Below are positions 21,627 through 35,549 of a DNA stretch of 64,000 nucleotides, piece by piece. A program made the position numbers and the translations under genes. Location: positions 74,152,001-74,216,000 of the forward strand of contig NC_086100.1 of the NCBI RefSeq assembly GCF_963921235.1, read 5' to 3'. This DNA is from Mobula hypostoma. Lineage: Eukaryota. A model generated the notes under the pieces. The model was given only the letters and a program-made list of their open reading frames with translations. It searched no databases and was not told the origin of the DNA. Every line of letters starts with the position of its first letter. The stretch's first letter is position 1.

Positions 21627-24508
21627 ATTTTAGTCTTAAATGTACACATCTCCTGAAAGGTGTTCACTGGCATTGATTTCTGTCCTATCGAATTTTGGGA
21701 AATTGTGAACCTAAGTTTCACTACAATATACAGAATGAAATAGCATTTTTAAAATGTACTAACATGAGCTGCTGCTTTTAATGAATTGATTTTTGTTATG
21801 AATAATTGATTAACTATTTTTGTGTTAGGAGTTATCTATTATGTAATAATACATGATCAAAACTGTCAGATGTTGATTTCATATGAACATTTGAAGGTTG
21901 CTTGGTCTCGTGAACCTACTTTGGTATTGACTAACGTCCTCAACTGATCCCAATGCTGCACAAGGGTGGAAGTGGAACAGAGGATATCTTGCAGTGATGC
22001 TGATTCTGTAGTGGAAATAACTGATGTTTGCCACCATTACTCACAAAGCCAACAACCCCTCTGTTACTCCTATATATGTGTTTCACATATAACCTGTTCC
22101 ACTGCTAATTTGTGCTTATGTCTGTTCCCATAAAATACAAATCCCACTCAAAAACTTCTCTTTGGGACCTGTCTTAAACTACACCCATAAAATTTCTCAT
22201 CTAAATAATGTTGTGTTATTTTTTTGTCTTGCACTTGTGTGTTTCCAAGTCATTGGAAACCAAAACCAAAGTTTGGAATGAGACTTGGAGAACCAAGTCC
22301 ATTCTTTACCGCCCCAGTGATTCTATCACTGTTCTGCTGTTCCCTGACTACAATATGGCAATACTTGGAAATTTTAAGAACTGTCAACTGATCCTGCATA
22401 AACATAATTATTGTTTTTTTAAGAAAAGTGCAGATGAAATGGATAGCTTAGAATTCAAATATTCAACTACAGATCTTGTGATCTTCTCCAAGCCTGTTAG
22501 AAGTTTTGGTGGTGTTGCTAGTTGCAGTACTTTTGTTTCAGGACATGTGTGATGCCCTTTGTTTTCTGGAAGTATAGGCCATGGATCCTTGCAAACAGAA
22601 CAGCTGACTTAGAAAAAGCATAAATTCATTATGCAGAAGACCAATTACACAACCTTTTTAAATAAAGTTCATGTTCTCTGCAATAAATCTAACAGCAACA
22701 AGAATTTGACATTGAAGTTCAATACATTGGCACATTTCGAAAACTATGTCGAAACAAACCTGCTTCCTGTCCTTGATCCCATGTCGCTTTACAGGTGCAC
22801 TAACCTGTCGCAGTTCTGAACTTCCACCAACCTCAGCACCTCAATTCCATGGCTGTTTCATAAACAAACTGAGTTGTCAGTGGTGAGTGGTGAGAAGGAA
22901 GCACGCTGACGTCCTGACCCTGACACTCAAAGGCGGCTCCAGCTGTTTCATTGTTCTTCAGTATCTTGGATAATGAGATATATTCCAAACAACACTGGCA
23001 AAGAAATGATTCTTTTTAAAGTGATGAATACTCAAAACATTAAACTACTGTTAATTATGTTCTAACAAAAATAATTCTACTACTATTTTAGTTGAGGTAG
23101 GCAACCTAATTGATTAATCTGGCTGCAATAAATGTAGAGCTTTAAGATGAATTACAGGTTTTATGTAGCAGCCTCCCTGAACTGCTCATTCACTGCCCTA
23201 TATGATATTGCAGAATCTATTTGGGGGGAATGGATTTCATGAACGTGATTAACTACATTAACTGGAGTAGGCAGAAACTGATAAAGATTGCTCAATGTTG
23301 GGGAACAGTTCTACAGAAACAAAAGCAGAAAACAGAATGCCAAACATTGAAAGGGTCAATCAACATTTCTGGAGAGGGTGGAACCCATGGGGAAAGGAGA
23401 TCTGGCAATTGACAAACAGATAGGAATGGAGGATTGGTTATTGCAACCTGTTAAAGATTTCCTTGATGCCTGTGGTGAAAGGGAGCTCAGTGACGAAGTC
23501 AGTATTTCAGAGACAGTCATGCAGTCAATCCCTCCCCCACAACCAACTCTCAAATGATCAGGCAACACTGGTAGAGCAGGTGAACTTTGACCTGTATAGC
23601 TTTGCTTTCTAATTGCACGAGCAGCTTTATTGTCAGTGCAAGGCCATAGCACCGGTAATGCTTGGTTTAGCCCCAGCTCATGCTCAGAACTCACAGATGA
23701 GGGTATTGTAAGGTGGGAGCTCCAGGCTGGAATGTGGTCTACTCGTGTGTAAGCACAGAATATGAGCACACAGTAACAGACCTGCCCAGAACAATCACGG
23801 CATGTTGGCCAGCATCCCACAGAAGGTAGAGAGCAGCACAAACAAAAGGAATACTTTGACTTTAGTGAGGGGTGAAGTTTGAGCAATAAACTGATATTGG
23901 CATGAAATCTCTTGCAGTATTTTGTATGGACAAAGGTAATTCTGCATAATAAAATCAAAAGTTTGGAATTCTATAATTACACGTGACAATAAAAAACACG
24001 GACAACAATCGTTCATTGATTTATTTTTTGCCCGATTGCAAGCTCCATGAATTAATTACAATGCCAAAAGATAAAGTGCAAGGAATAAAATCCCTCAGAA
24101 GTGGAGCAGAGATAAAAAGCACCAGCATCTCAAAAGCCTCACCCAGTCACCATGAAAGTGAACAGGTTGGTGGGAATACTGACTAAGTCAGATCAATGGT
24201 TTCAGATTTGGTTAAAAGCTATGCAGAGTTTACAAGGGAATAATTAGATAACTGTCTGACTTCTTCATTGCTGCCTTAAGGATGGAAAAGAATATCTGGT
24301 TAAGAAACCTAAAACATGATTAATTTTCAAATTAAATAAAGAATTTGTAATTGATGCAAAAAACATTAGGTATGATGGGCTACTAACAGAAAAACAAGCA
24401 ATTTTCTTTGTAAAATACTCGGGTGATTTTTTAAATATATGGTTAACAGCATAATTACCTTGACATTTCACCTACTTAATCAAAGTAACAGGTGTGGTTT
24501 AGTCCACC

Positions 24509-24950
24509 ATGGCGCAGCACATCACACAAACCAATCTTCCGTCCTTGGACTCACTTTACACCACACGCTGTCGGAGTAGTGCTGCCAGGATAATCAAGGA
24601 CTCAACCCACCCAGCCAACACACTTTTCGTCCCTCTTCCCTTCCGGAGAAGGCTCAGGAGCTTGAAGACTCGTATGGCCAGATTTGGGAACAGCTTCTTT
24701 CCAACTGTGATAAGACTGCTGAACGGATCCTGACCTGGATCTGGGTCCAAATATCCGGACCTGCCTCTCGGTTTTTTTGCACTACCTTACTTTCCATTTT
24801 TCTATTTTCTATTTATGCGTTATAATTTAAATTTTTAATATTTACTATCGATTTGTAATCCAGGGAGCGGGAAGCGCAGATTCAAATATCGCTGTGATGA
24901 TTGTACGTTCTAGTATCAATTGCTTGACGACAATAAAGTATAAAGTATAA
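24509..24950 (+). mobile_element. Rex1/Babar LINE 3' fragment
   Basis: AQHIT..LPSLDSLY..RC..AARIIKDSTHPA...NSFFPTVIRLLN, then AATAAA and a (taaagta)n tail. Confidence 0.85.
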
Positions 24951-25249
24951 ATTGCAGAGTACATACTAACTGGATTTACCACAACAAGTGAAGTTTTATT
25001 CAGCTCTTTAAAGCAGATTGATATCTGGGAAGAACTAGTTGAGTTAAGGCTGAATGGAATAAGCTTTTATTGTTTAGAGTTTAGATGAATGAGGTGTTGT
25101 CATTAAAACAACTGATTCTGAAAGAACGTGACAGAGTCTGTACTTTAAATTAGTCTGTACTTTAAATTGTCTGGTTACACTTTACTATTGAACACACATG
25201 TATTAAGTGAGGCTTCAGTCAGAAAATGCCAAGTAAAGAAAAGCTCTTG

Positions 25250-28200
25250 GTTTCGTATTTTTTTCCTTCCCTTCTTTATATCTGCTCAGATAGGACAGTG
25301 GAGATGACAGGTGGGATAGTGGAATGTTCTTGCAGGATGTGGGAAGGCAGGGAGACCTCCAGTGTCCCTGATGACTACAACTGTGAGAAGTGCGTCCAGC
25401 TGCAGCTTCTAACAACCAGATTAAGGAGTTGGAGCTGGAACTGGATGAACTCTGGATTATTGAGGAAGTTGAAGGGTGATAGAGAGGTAATTACACTCAA
25501 GGTGAAGGACACAGGAAAATGGGGACAATCAGGAAGGGAGCAAGGGTTAAGGACACCATTCAAGTACCCCTGTGGCCATCCCCTTCAACAAAAGATTTAT
25601 CACTTTGTATATTGTTTGAGGGGGGATCACTGAACAGAGGAAACCCACAGTGGTCAAGTTTCTGGCACTGAGTCTGGCTCTGTGACTCACAAAGGAAGGG
25701 AGGGAGAAAAGGCATACTATGGTGATAGGCAGTTCAATTGTTAGAGGAATGGACAGGAGGTTCTTTAGGCAAAAAAAGAGATTCCAAGATGTTACCTCCC
25801 AGGTGCCAGGCCCCAGGACATCTTGGATCAATTCCTCAGAATTCTTTAGTGCGAGGGTGAACAGCCAGAGGTCATTATGCACTTATTTACCGATGACATG
25901 GTAGGACGAGTGACGAGGTTCTGCATAGGGAGCTCATGGAGTTAGGTGCTAAGTTAAAGGGCAGGTTTGTGATCTCATGATTGCCACCCATGCCACTTGA
26001 TGGTGAGACCAGAACTAGGAAGACTATACAGATTAATAAGTGGCTAAGGAGTTGGTGTAGGAGGGGAGGCATAAGATTTTTGGATCATTGGGCTCTCTTG
26101 CAGGGAAGGTGGGACCTGTACAGAAGGAATGTTTTGCACCTGAACTGGAGGGAGGCTAATATCCTAGCAGGAAGGTTTGTTAATGCTGCACAGTGAGGTT
26201 CAAATAGAGTTGCAAGGGGATGGGAACCTGACTGTTAGAAGAGCTAGTGGAGAGGTTCTGGAGGAAAATTTTGGTGAGACCTAGGACAAAGTTAGGAATC
26301 AAAAAGCTGAGCATGATGTGACTAGTGTCCTGTGCTGCAAATATTTCAATGTAAGTATTGTAGGAAAGGTGGATAATAGTGCTAAAGATGAGGTAGCTAG
26401 TTTACAAACACAAGCAATGTGTAGTGAGGAGAGGCTGTTGATAGGGCAAAATAGCAGTCAACAGGTAAAGCTGCAACATAAAAGATGTACAAAATTGAAA
26501 GGGGTCAATACAGGATTGAAAATGTTATATTCTAATGCGCATAGTATATGGAATAAGAAAGATGAACTTCCAGCACAGTTACAGTTTGGCATGTATGATA
26601 TTGCAGGCCTACAAGGATGTGGCCTACAAATTCCAATGGGAGATAGAAAATGCATGCCAAAAGGGCAATGTTACTATAGCCATGGGGGATTTCAATATGC
26701 AGATGGATTGGGAAAATCAAATTGGTGCTAAATTCCAGGATGGGGCTTCTAGAGTGCCTGCAAGATGTTTTTTTTTCAGAGCAACTCATGGTTGAGACCA
26801 CTGGGGGATCAGCTATTCTGGATTGAGTTTTGTGCAATGAACCTGAAAAGAATAGAGTATTTAAGGTAAAAGACCCTGTGGAGAAAGTGGTCATAATACG
26901 ATCAAATTCATCCTGAAATTTGAGAAGAAGTAGCTAGTCAGATGTATCAGTATTACAGTGGAGCAAAGAGAACTACAGAGGCATGAATGAAGAGTTGATC
27001 AGAATTGCTTGGAAGAGATCAATCAATCAGGGATGATGGCAGAGGAGCAGAAGCTGGAATTTCTGGAAGCAATTTGGAAGGCACAGAAGATGTACATCCC
27101 ACAGCAAAAGAAATATTCCAAAGTAAAGATGATATAACCGTGGCTAACAAGAGAAGTCAAAGCTAATATAAAAGCCAAAGGGAGAGCCTATAATAGAGCA
27201 AAACATAGTGAGAAGTTAGTGGATTTGGGAAGCTTTTAAAAACCAATAGAAGGCAACTAAAAAAGACATTGAGAAGGCATAGATGGAATATGAAAGTGAG
27301 CTAGCTAATGATATTAAAGAGAATACCAAAAGTTTCTTCAGGTACATAAAGTGTAAAAGAGAGGTGAGAGTGGCTATTGGACTGCAGGAAAACGATGCTG
27401 GAGAGGTGGCAACGGTGGACAATGAAATGGCAGATGAAGTGAATTCAGAATTTTGAATCAGTCTTCACTGCAGAGGGCACTGGCAGTATGGTGGAAGTTC
27501 CAGGTGCCAGGGGTAATGAAGTGTGTGAAGTTACCATCACTAAAGAGAAGGTTCTTGGGAACTGAAAGGTCTGAAGGTTGATAAGTCACCTGGACCAGAT
27601 GGTGTACACTCCAGGTTTATGAAAGAGGTGGCTGAAGAGATCGTGGAGGCGTTAGTAATGATCTTTCAAGAACCACTAGATTCTGGAATGGTTCCGGAAG
27701 ACTGGAAAATTGCAAATCTCATTCCACTCTTCAAGAAGGCAGAGAGGAAGAAGAAAGGAAACTACAAGGCAGTTAGTCCACCTCAGTGGTTGGGAAGCTG
27801 TTGGAGTCAATTATTAAGGATGAAGTCTCAGGGTACTTGCAGGCACATGATAAAAAAGTCTGTAGCCAGCATGGTTTCCTCAAGGGAAAATCTTGCCTGA
27901 CAAATTTGTTGGAATTCTTTGAAGAAATGGCAAGCAGGATAGACATAGGAGAATTGGTTGATGTTGTGTACTTTGATTTCCAGAAGGCCTTTCACAAGGT
28001 GCCACTTAACAAGCTATGATCCTATGGTATTACAGGAAAGATTCTAGCTTGGATAAAACAGTGGTTGATTGGCAGGAGCCCAAGAGTGGAAATGAAGGGA
28101 GCCTTTTCTGGTTGGCTGCCAGTGATGAGTGGCGTTCCACAGGGTCTGTGTTGGGTTCAATTATTTTTATGTTATATGTCAAAGATTTGAACAATGAATT

Positions 28201-28572
28201 GCTTTGATAGAGTGAATGTGGAGAGGATGTTTCCTATGGTGGGAGAGCCTAAAACCAGAGGACACAGCCTCAGGATAGAGGGGTGTCCATTTAGAATGGA
28301 GGTGAGGAGGAATTTCTTTTGCCAGAGAGTGGTGAATCTATGGAATTCTTTGCCATAGGCAGCTGTGGAGGCGAAGTCTTTATGTACATTTAAGGCAGAT
28401 TTAAGGCAATGAAGATAAAATCTTGATTGGTCACGGCATGAAGGGATACTGGGAGAAGGCAAGAGATTAGGGCTGAGAGGAAAATGGGATCAGCCAGGAT
28501 TTACTGCTGGAGCAGACTCAATGGGCCATATGGCCTAATTCTGCTCCTACATCTTTTGGTCTCATGGTCTTA
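25250..28572 (+). mobile_element. Near full-span degenerate CR1 LINE (ORF1 Zn-finger and SGNH esterase, ORF2 EN-RT, internal deletions)
   Basis: VECSCRMWE..CEKC, VIGSSIVRGMD, FLDHW..LHLN, MGDFN, HGFLKGKSCLTNLLEFFE, DFQKAF, and a CR1 3' UTR. Confidence 0.9.
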
Positions 28573-28576
28573 CCAT

Positions 28577-29005
28577 GGCCAGTTCTGGGTTCTGGAACAG
28601 GGAGAAAAGGCTTCTATCATGGGTAAGAGAGGTAAACCTGAATGTATTTCGGTAGATTGTCTTAAACCGGCCCACCAAGATTCGGAGGATTCTGTTACCA
28701 TACCCCTGCTGACACGATCTGACCAGGATGAGCCAGAGGCACCTGCTGCTACTCCACCTTCAGAACATAGGACCGGAGCTGGATGGCTTGTCCAAGCTCC
28801 AGGTTCCAAATGCCAGTTTTAGTGAATTCTGGGGATGGGACACCTGTGTAGGGTAACATAATTGGTGGCAATGGACATAATACACAACCACCAACATTGA
28901 TTTGGGGTTCCACTTTAAGAGGCTGGTCTTGTGTGATGACGTAAATATGTAAAGGGTTTTTAGTGCGCTTTGAGTTCAGTTTTTTGGTGTTCAATAATTG
29001 AGTTA
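28577..29005 (+). mobile_element. Gypsy integrase C-terminal remnant, PPT-like tract and partial 3' LTR
   Basis: GKPECISVDCLKPAH (integrase tail, ISxDRLKPAH-like), then ctggggatggga followed by TGTGTAGGG at about 28845. Confidence 0.55.
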
Positions 29006-29899
29006 CTAAGGCTTTTCTGAAACATAAAACACACCCATCATTTTAGTTGAAAATTTATGCCCTCTCCCCTGAGTTAATGACATACCTAATTTCAGGGCTT
29101 TTCGATTTTCCTTGATGGCAGTAAAGGACGAGGCCACTTCCTGCCACTGTTGCTCATGCCTAATGACCGTGGTGTTCTGTTTTGCCAAATAAGCTGAATT
29201 CTACTGAGTTCATTTTTTGTACTCTGCAGGTCATGAGTAAACTCAAGTGCTGGAATCAGCGACTTCGGCAATTCCAACGAAACTAAAGATTCATTACAGA
29301 AATTAACCAAAAAAAATTAGCCACAGCTCAGGCAAACTATACAGGACCTTGATGAACTGAAATCACTCACAGTACACATAAGAACTCAGTTTGAGTTTAA
29401 CCAGACAAAGATCCACCATGACTCAGCAAAGAGGGTTTGGCACACCCCACTGAAACACACCCTCGAGCACATGGGAGTACAGGACAAATCGGACAACATG
29501 GGTGTCCAGATGAAGCATTAGCCCCCAAAGCCAACAACTACTATACAAGACATTGACAATATTGTGTTAATTAAATGATCCCAAATTGAATAAAAGTAAT
29601 AAATACAAAGAGAGGTTAATAATCCCCATGATACCAAATGAGACACCTGCAACACAAAGGGAAATCCCAGAGCTAGTCCAAAGACAAACAATTTAGCATA
29701 AAAGGTAAACAATCCAAGGAACACCTCATATCCAAAAGGTGACACTGAGAAAATACAGTCCACATACTAATTAATAAAAAAGTCTCTTTATTTTAAAATC
29801 AACAACCCCTGGTGTGACATCCAGGCATCTCATGTATGAGCCTTCATTAGTTATGGGATTGAGTTCTAGAGCCGCGGCAACTTTAAGGGATCTATAAAC

Positions 29900-30450
29900 A
29901 TGGATACCATCTGTTCTTCCACACTGCTAAGAAACGTGCCAGTAATCCAGTGCTCTGCCTTCAAGTTCAAACTTCCAAAGTGTATCGCTTCACACTTTTG
30001 GGGATTGAACTTCATTTTCTATTTCCCAAATCAGATAACCTGCAGAACATTACTGTTCACTGTCCTCCAGGCAGAATGTGCTCCATCTCCTACCATCCTC
30101 TGCCTTCTGTGGACAAGGCAATTCTGAATCCACAGAGTGAAGTCTCTCTGGATCCTATCTCTCCTGACTTTCTGAATGGGGAGACTTGTCAAATGCCTTA
30201 CTAAAATCCATATACACCACATCCACTGCTCTACCTTCATCAATTTGTTTTGTCACATTCTCAAAGCATCCAGTCACACTTTTGAGGTACAACTTGCTCT
30301 GTAACAAGGTCATGCTGACTATCGCTAATCAGACTCTACTTCTCTTAATGCTCATACTCTGTCTCCAAAAATATTCTCCAATAGTTTGCCAACCACTGGT
30401 TTAAGACTCACTGGTCTATATTTCCCAGAGTTATCCCTCTTTCCTTTCAC
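29900..30450 (-). mobile_element. Degenerate CR1 RT fragment
   Basis: Minus strand LWIQNCLVHRRQRMV and AVDVVYMDFSKAFDK remnants. Confidence 0.75.
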
Positions 30451-30794
30451 GAACAAACTGATTTCCAGGAATGGTGTCAGTGTCCGTAGATATTCTAACA
30501 CTGAACTTCAGTTCTGGTCATCAAGCTATAAGAAGGATCTCACTAAACCGGTAAGTTTATAGAGAGAAATTTCACAAGGGTATTACTGGGACTGGAGGGC
30601 TTGAGTTATACAGACTGAGTGGATAGATGGGTATTTTCTCCCAGAGAGAGGAATTTAATGTGGATAAAATCATGAGGAGAATCAATGTTCACTAGATGGC
30701 ATTGATTTAAGGTAAGAGGGGAAAATTTTAAAAGGGACTTGAGTGACAATAGAGGGTGGTGGGTCTGTCAAATGTGCTCTTGGGGAAATAGTAA

Positions 30795-31749
30795 TGGTGG
30801 GTCCATTGTTATTTGTCATCTATATCAATGATCTGGATGATAATGTGGTAAATTGGATCAGCAAATTTGCTGATGATACAAAGATTGGAGGTGTAGTAGA
30901 CAGTGAGGAAGGTTTTCAGAGCCTGCAGAGGGACTTGGACCAGCTGGAAAAATGGGCTGAAAAATGGCAGATGGAGTTTAATACAGACAAGTGTGAGGTA
31001 TTGCATGTTGGAAGGACAAACCAAGGTAGAACATACAGGGTTAATGGTAAGGCACTGAGGAGTGCAGTGGAACAGAGGGATCTGGGAATACAGATACAAA
31101 ATTCCCTAAAAGTGGCGTCACAGGTAGATAGGGTCGTAAAGAGAGCTTTTGGTACATTGGCCTTTATTAATCGAAGTTTTGAGTATAAGAGCTGGAATGT
31201 TTTGATGAGGTTGTATAAGGCATTGGTGAGGCCGAATCTGGAGTATTGTGTTCAGTTTTGGTCACCAAATTACAGGAAGGATATAAATAAGGTTGAAAGA
31301 GTGCAGAGAAGGTTTACAAGGATGTTGCCGGGACTTGAGAAACTCAGTTACAGAGAAAGGTTGAATAGGCTAGGACTTTATTCCCCGGAGCGTAGAAGAA
31401 TGAGGGGAGATTTGACAGAGGTATATAAAATTATGATGGGTAGTGATAGAGTGAATGCAAGCAGGCTTTTTCCACCAAGGCAAGGGGAGAAAAAAACCAG
31501 AGGATATGGGTTAAGGGTGAGGGGGGAAAAGTTTAAAGGGAACATTGGGGGGTGCTTCTTCACACAGAGAGTGGTGGGAGTATGGAATGAGCTGGCAGAC
31601 GAGGTGGTAAATGCGGGTTCTTTTTTAACATTTAAGAATAAATTGGACAGATACATGGATGGGAGGTGTATGGAGGGATATGGTCCGTGTGCAGGTCAGT
31701 GGGACTAGGCGTTTCTGTGCTGTAGTTTCTATGGTTTCTATGGTTTCTA
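30795..31749 (+). mobile_element. Young 5'-truncated CR1 LINE inserted in an older CR1 3' end
   Basis: Uninterrupted roughly 300-aa RT C-terminus (GPLLFVIYINDLD..KFADDTKIGG..LVRPNLEYCVQFWSP), with a (tttctatgg)n tail. Decayed CR1 on both flanks (about 30500-30745 and 31750-31900). Confidence 0.95.
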
Positions 31750-33589
31750 ATTACAATGTATAAAATAAATTGAGATAGGTATGTGATTGGAAAGGTTAAT
31801 GGGGATGTCACGCAAATGCAGAAAAATGGGTGTAGCACAGGGAGGTAACTTAATCAAAATGGTCAAATGGGGCCAAAGGCCCTGTTTCCACTCCACATAT
31901 CTCGATAGCTCCACTACTCCAACCTTGTGAAAAACTCCTCTTATCTCCTTGATACCACCAAATTAATGAACATATGGTTGTGATCTGACTTGCCTTTCAT
32001 CAGGCCTACTCCTGCTGATATCTTCCAGCATGCACAAGCAGGCACCTCCCAGTCGCCATCCAACTAATTGTATTCACCTCCCACCCATTCCAAACTCAGC
32101 ACGTGCAGCCCATTTAACCCCAGTTCTCATCGCCAGTCCTCGTTCAGTCTTTGAACCAGCCAGTCTCAACCATTTTCTCCTAGACTTCACACTCCCTGCC
32201 TAAAGTTTACTTTGTTACCTGTCGTGTTTAGATTAGATTAGATTAGATTATGAGGACATGCAGTCCTCTTTTATTGTCATTTAGTAATGCATGCATTAAG
32301 AAATGATACAATATTCCTCCGGTGTGATATCACAGAAACACAGGACAGAAAAGCTTCTATTATCTCATGTTTTGTGCACACACCCCCAGGCTGGTTATAT
32401 TGTGATTGATTATTGAAGTTATTGTTCACTGCTCAATCATTTCTGCTGCTTTGCTTTTGGTTCAAGCCTCCTCTACATTTCCTGACACCATTGTAATCTT
32501 TCAAAATAATAAAATAAACTGATGTTACCAATGAGAACTGCAAAGAAAAGGAATTTCAATAAAGTGGACATTTAACCATTACAAATTTACAATTAAGTTC
32601 AGCCTTGTTCAATGTATTCTCACTTTTCAAGAAAGAATGAGTGTAATGAATAACAGTGAGGCTGGGTCACAAATGTAAAGAGAAATTTTACAGTGAGAAC
32701 AGTGAGTACTGTGGTGGCTGCTGAAAAGTGGGGAATTCAGACTAAATCACACCAAATTGTTACCAGAGTCTGAATCAAGACTGCTCAGAGCTTTGCTCAG
32801 TGTGTCAAAAATGTGCAAGTTTGCTGATGGTAACAAACTTTATGTTTCCTCTAAATAGATATTGTCCATGTGTTACACAACCTGAACAATATTCAAACTT
32901 GGCTTGACCAGTGACATGCAAATTCCGTGACATACAAATGTCAGACAATAACATAAAGTAACTCTCTGCCTGTCATGAAAATTCCTTCTGTCATTCCGTC
33001 ATGCACATTCTAGAATCTACATTTAGCAGAATTTTAATTTAACCAGAAGCATAATTACTGCATCTACTCAGCAGGTTCATATCTGGATATCCTGTGTTGA
33101 GTGACTCACCTCCCAACTTTCCAAAACACTTTGACCATCTGTAAAATAAAAATCAGGAATGTGAAAGAACACCCTCTACTGGTGTGATTATGTACAGTAC
33201 ACTGCAACTTGGAGCAAGCTCAACGTATCTAGGGCAAAGTAGATCTGATGCTGGCACTTTATACACATATACCATTGCCTTATCACCAAATCTCAGCTAC
33301 AGGCACCAAGACCTTGCCTGGCTGGCAGTGAGAGTGGCCCTCCCAGTTATTTCTTTCCTGCATGCCTGGGATCTCACTCTCACTACGCCCTGCCCCAAGA
33401 TTACCGTGGTGGGGACAAGATGGGAGTGAGGAGAATATATTAACTTGCTGCATCCCAGCCCAATATGGAAACACCAATGCCCATGAATGGGAAATCCTAC
33501 AAAAAGTAGTGGATGTGACCCAGTCCATCATGGGTAAAGCCCCCCTCCAACATTGAGCACATCTACGCAGAACGTTGTCGCAGGCCTGT

Positions 33590-34657
33590 GTCACGGTTCA
33601 TCCTGACAGGCTACATGACAGAGAATTGTCTGATCTATGGGCTGTTCCCAGTCATGGACATAAAGTCCTGCCGGAAGATGATTGGCTCAGTGAAAGACGG
33701 TCTCTGATCTACTCAAAACTCGCTGGTCTGCCAACACATGGTGGAGCTTAGGAGGGATAATGGCGCCTAATGGTGACTCCTTTGCTTGGATCTTCGGAAA
33801 CAGATCTATTTCTCTAGTTTTCCCTTTCAGGGTTCTTTTGAAGACCCTGACCTGGAGTTACACACTGACTCTGGTTCTTTACGGGAATGGGACCTGCTCT
33901 TGGGGTTCCATAACTGGCCCTTGTTCGGCATGCCAAAGGCTCAGCCTAAAAGTCCGGCTCAAATTCGGAAGCCTAGGATCTCGGGGCTCTGCAGATGGGC
34001 AGATCGAGAGTCGGTGTCACAACAGGAGACCCATATTTCATCAGGGGAGTCAGGATAGCTGCTGTGTACCTGGAGACCTGGGATGTTTGCGATCTTCAGG
34101 CACAGAGCTCGAAAAAAGCGATGTAACAGACTTTTAACATCATAAACCAGCGAGTTGTTTATTATGTCTTCCCAGTCGCTGGAGACATAATTAGAGAGAG
34201 ACAGAACCTGTGGTATGTGGAATAATAAGTGAAACGCAAAGTCTTTGGGGTAACTGAAAGTCTGTGTCTTTGCTATTGCTTTGCTCACACTGTGTGATTG
34301 GTGGTGGTGCTGACGCTTATTTTTTTTTGCTAGTTGGGGTTGGGGGGGATTGCTGGTCGCTGCCACTTATGTGGGAGGGGAGGTTGGGGGGACTCTGGGA
34401 TTCTAACATTTAACTGTCATTCATTCTTTGGGGCACTCCTCTGTTTTCATGGATGGTTGTGAAGAAAAAGCATTTCAGGATGTATATTGTATACATTTCT
34501 CTGACATTAAATTGTACCTTCAAACCTTTGAACATCGAGTGTCCGTCGAGGAATGCTGCCAACTGGCAAATTCCAGCCTGCAGGAGCACGTGCTGATGGA
34601 TACACTGAAGTTGGGTGCAGCCACCACAAGGGCTTGGTGGGGAAAGACCACGGTATA
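33590..34657 (+). mobile_element. Tx1/L1-clade LINE 3' ORF2 remnant split by an insertion of about 0.8 kb (about 33745-34535)
   Basis: TENCLIYGLFP..SVKDGL*STQN continues after the insert as VSVEECCQLANSSLQEHVLMDTLKLGAATTRAWWG. The insert ends in an attaaa and short-repeat tail (retroposon-like). Confidence 0.6.
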
Positions 34658-35549
34658 GTGTTCTTCCACTACTCGACAGGTAGATCCTCAATTATTGAGG
34701 TACTGCACCACTGCATGGGTCTACCATAGCACCAGTGGGAATATGGAGGAGGTATGACCTTTTCCAAAGTGACAGTTTGCACCTGAACCTGAGGGGGACC
34801 AATATTATCACGGGCGGGTTTGTTAGAGCTGTTGGGGAGGGCTTAAACTAAGTTGACAGGGGGGATGGGAACCGGAGGGAAAGGACTCAGGATAGGACAG
34901 ATGGTAAAAAAAACAAAGATAGCATGGAGTCAAACTGCCAGGAAGGGGAGGCAGATTATTGGACAAAATTACAGCCAGCAGTGTGAATATCAGTGCTTCA
35001 GAGATGCAGAATCAAAAAGGGTCACAAATACAGTGCTGGAAGTGTTATATCTCAAAGCATGGAGTATAATAAATAAGGTGGATGATCTCGTTGCACTATT
35101 ACAGATTGTCAGGTATGATGTAGTTGCCATCACTGAATCATGGCTAAAGGATGGTTGTAGTTGGGAGCTGAATGTCCAAGGTTCCACGTTGTATAGGAAA
35201 ATAGGCAGAGGTGGAGGGATGTGGCTCTGATGGGGAAGAATGGCATCATATCAGTAGAAAGATGTGACATAGGATGGAAAGATGTTGAATCCTTGTGGGT
35301 TGAGTTAAGAAACACCAAAGGGAAAAAGGACCCCGATGGCAGTTATATGCAGGTCTCCTAACAGTAGCTGGGTTATGGAACATAGGTTACAACAGGGAAT
35401 AGAAAAAGTGTGTCAAAAGAGCAATGTTATGATAGTCATGGGAGATATTAACGTGCAGCTCATTTCGGAAAATAAAGTTGGTAATGGATCTCAAGAGAGT
35501 GAGTTTGTTGAATGCCTATGAAATGGCTTTTTAGAGTAGTTGTTTCTTC

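Noticed and set aside
22208-22552. 114-aa ORF with a hydrophobic N-terminus
   Set aside because: No recognisable domain or splice support in AT-rich DNA. Compatible with chance.
23356-23958. 200-aa minus ORF and a short plus frame ending SIPPPQPTLK* that could be a Pro-rich tail exon
   Set aside because: No family motifs, a weak acceptor, and no phase-compatible link to the TM exon. Not supportable without transcripts.
29006-29820. Possible L1/Tx1 remnants on the minus strand
   Set aside because: Too decayed to assign confidently by eye.
30743-31708. 321-aa RT ORF as an active or domesticated gene
   Set aside because: It is a 5'-truncated CR1 lacking the endonuclease and RT N-terminus. The ORF start comes from flanking sequence.
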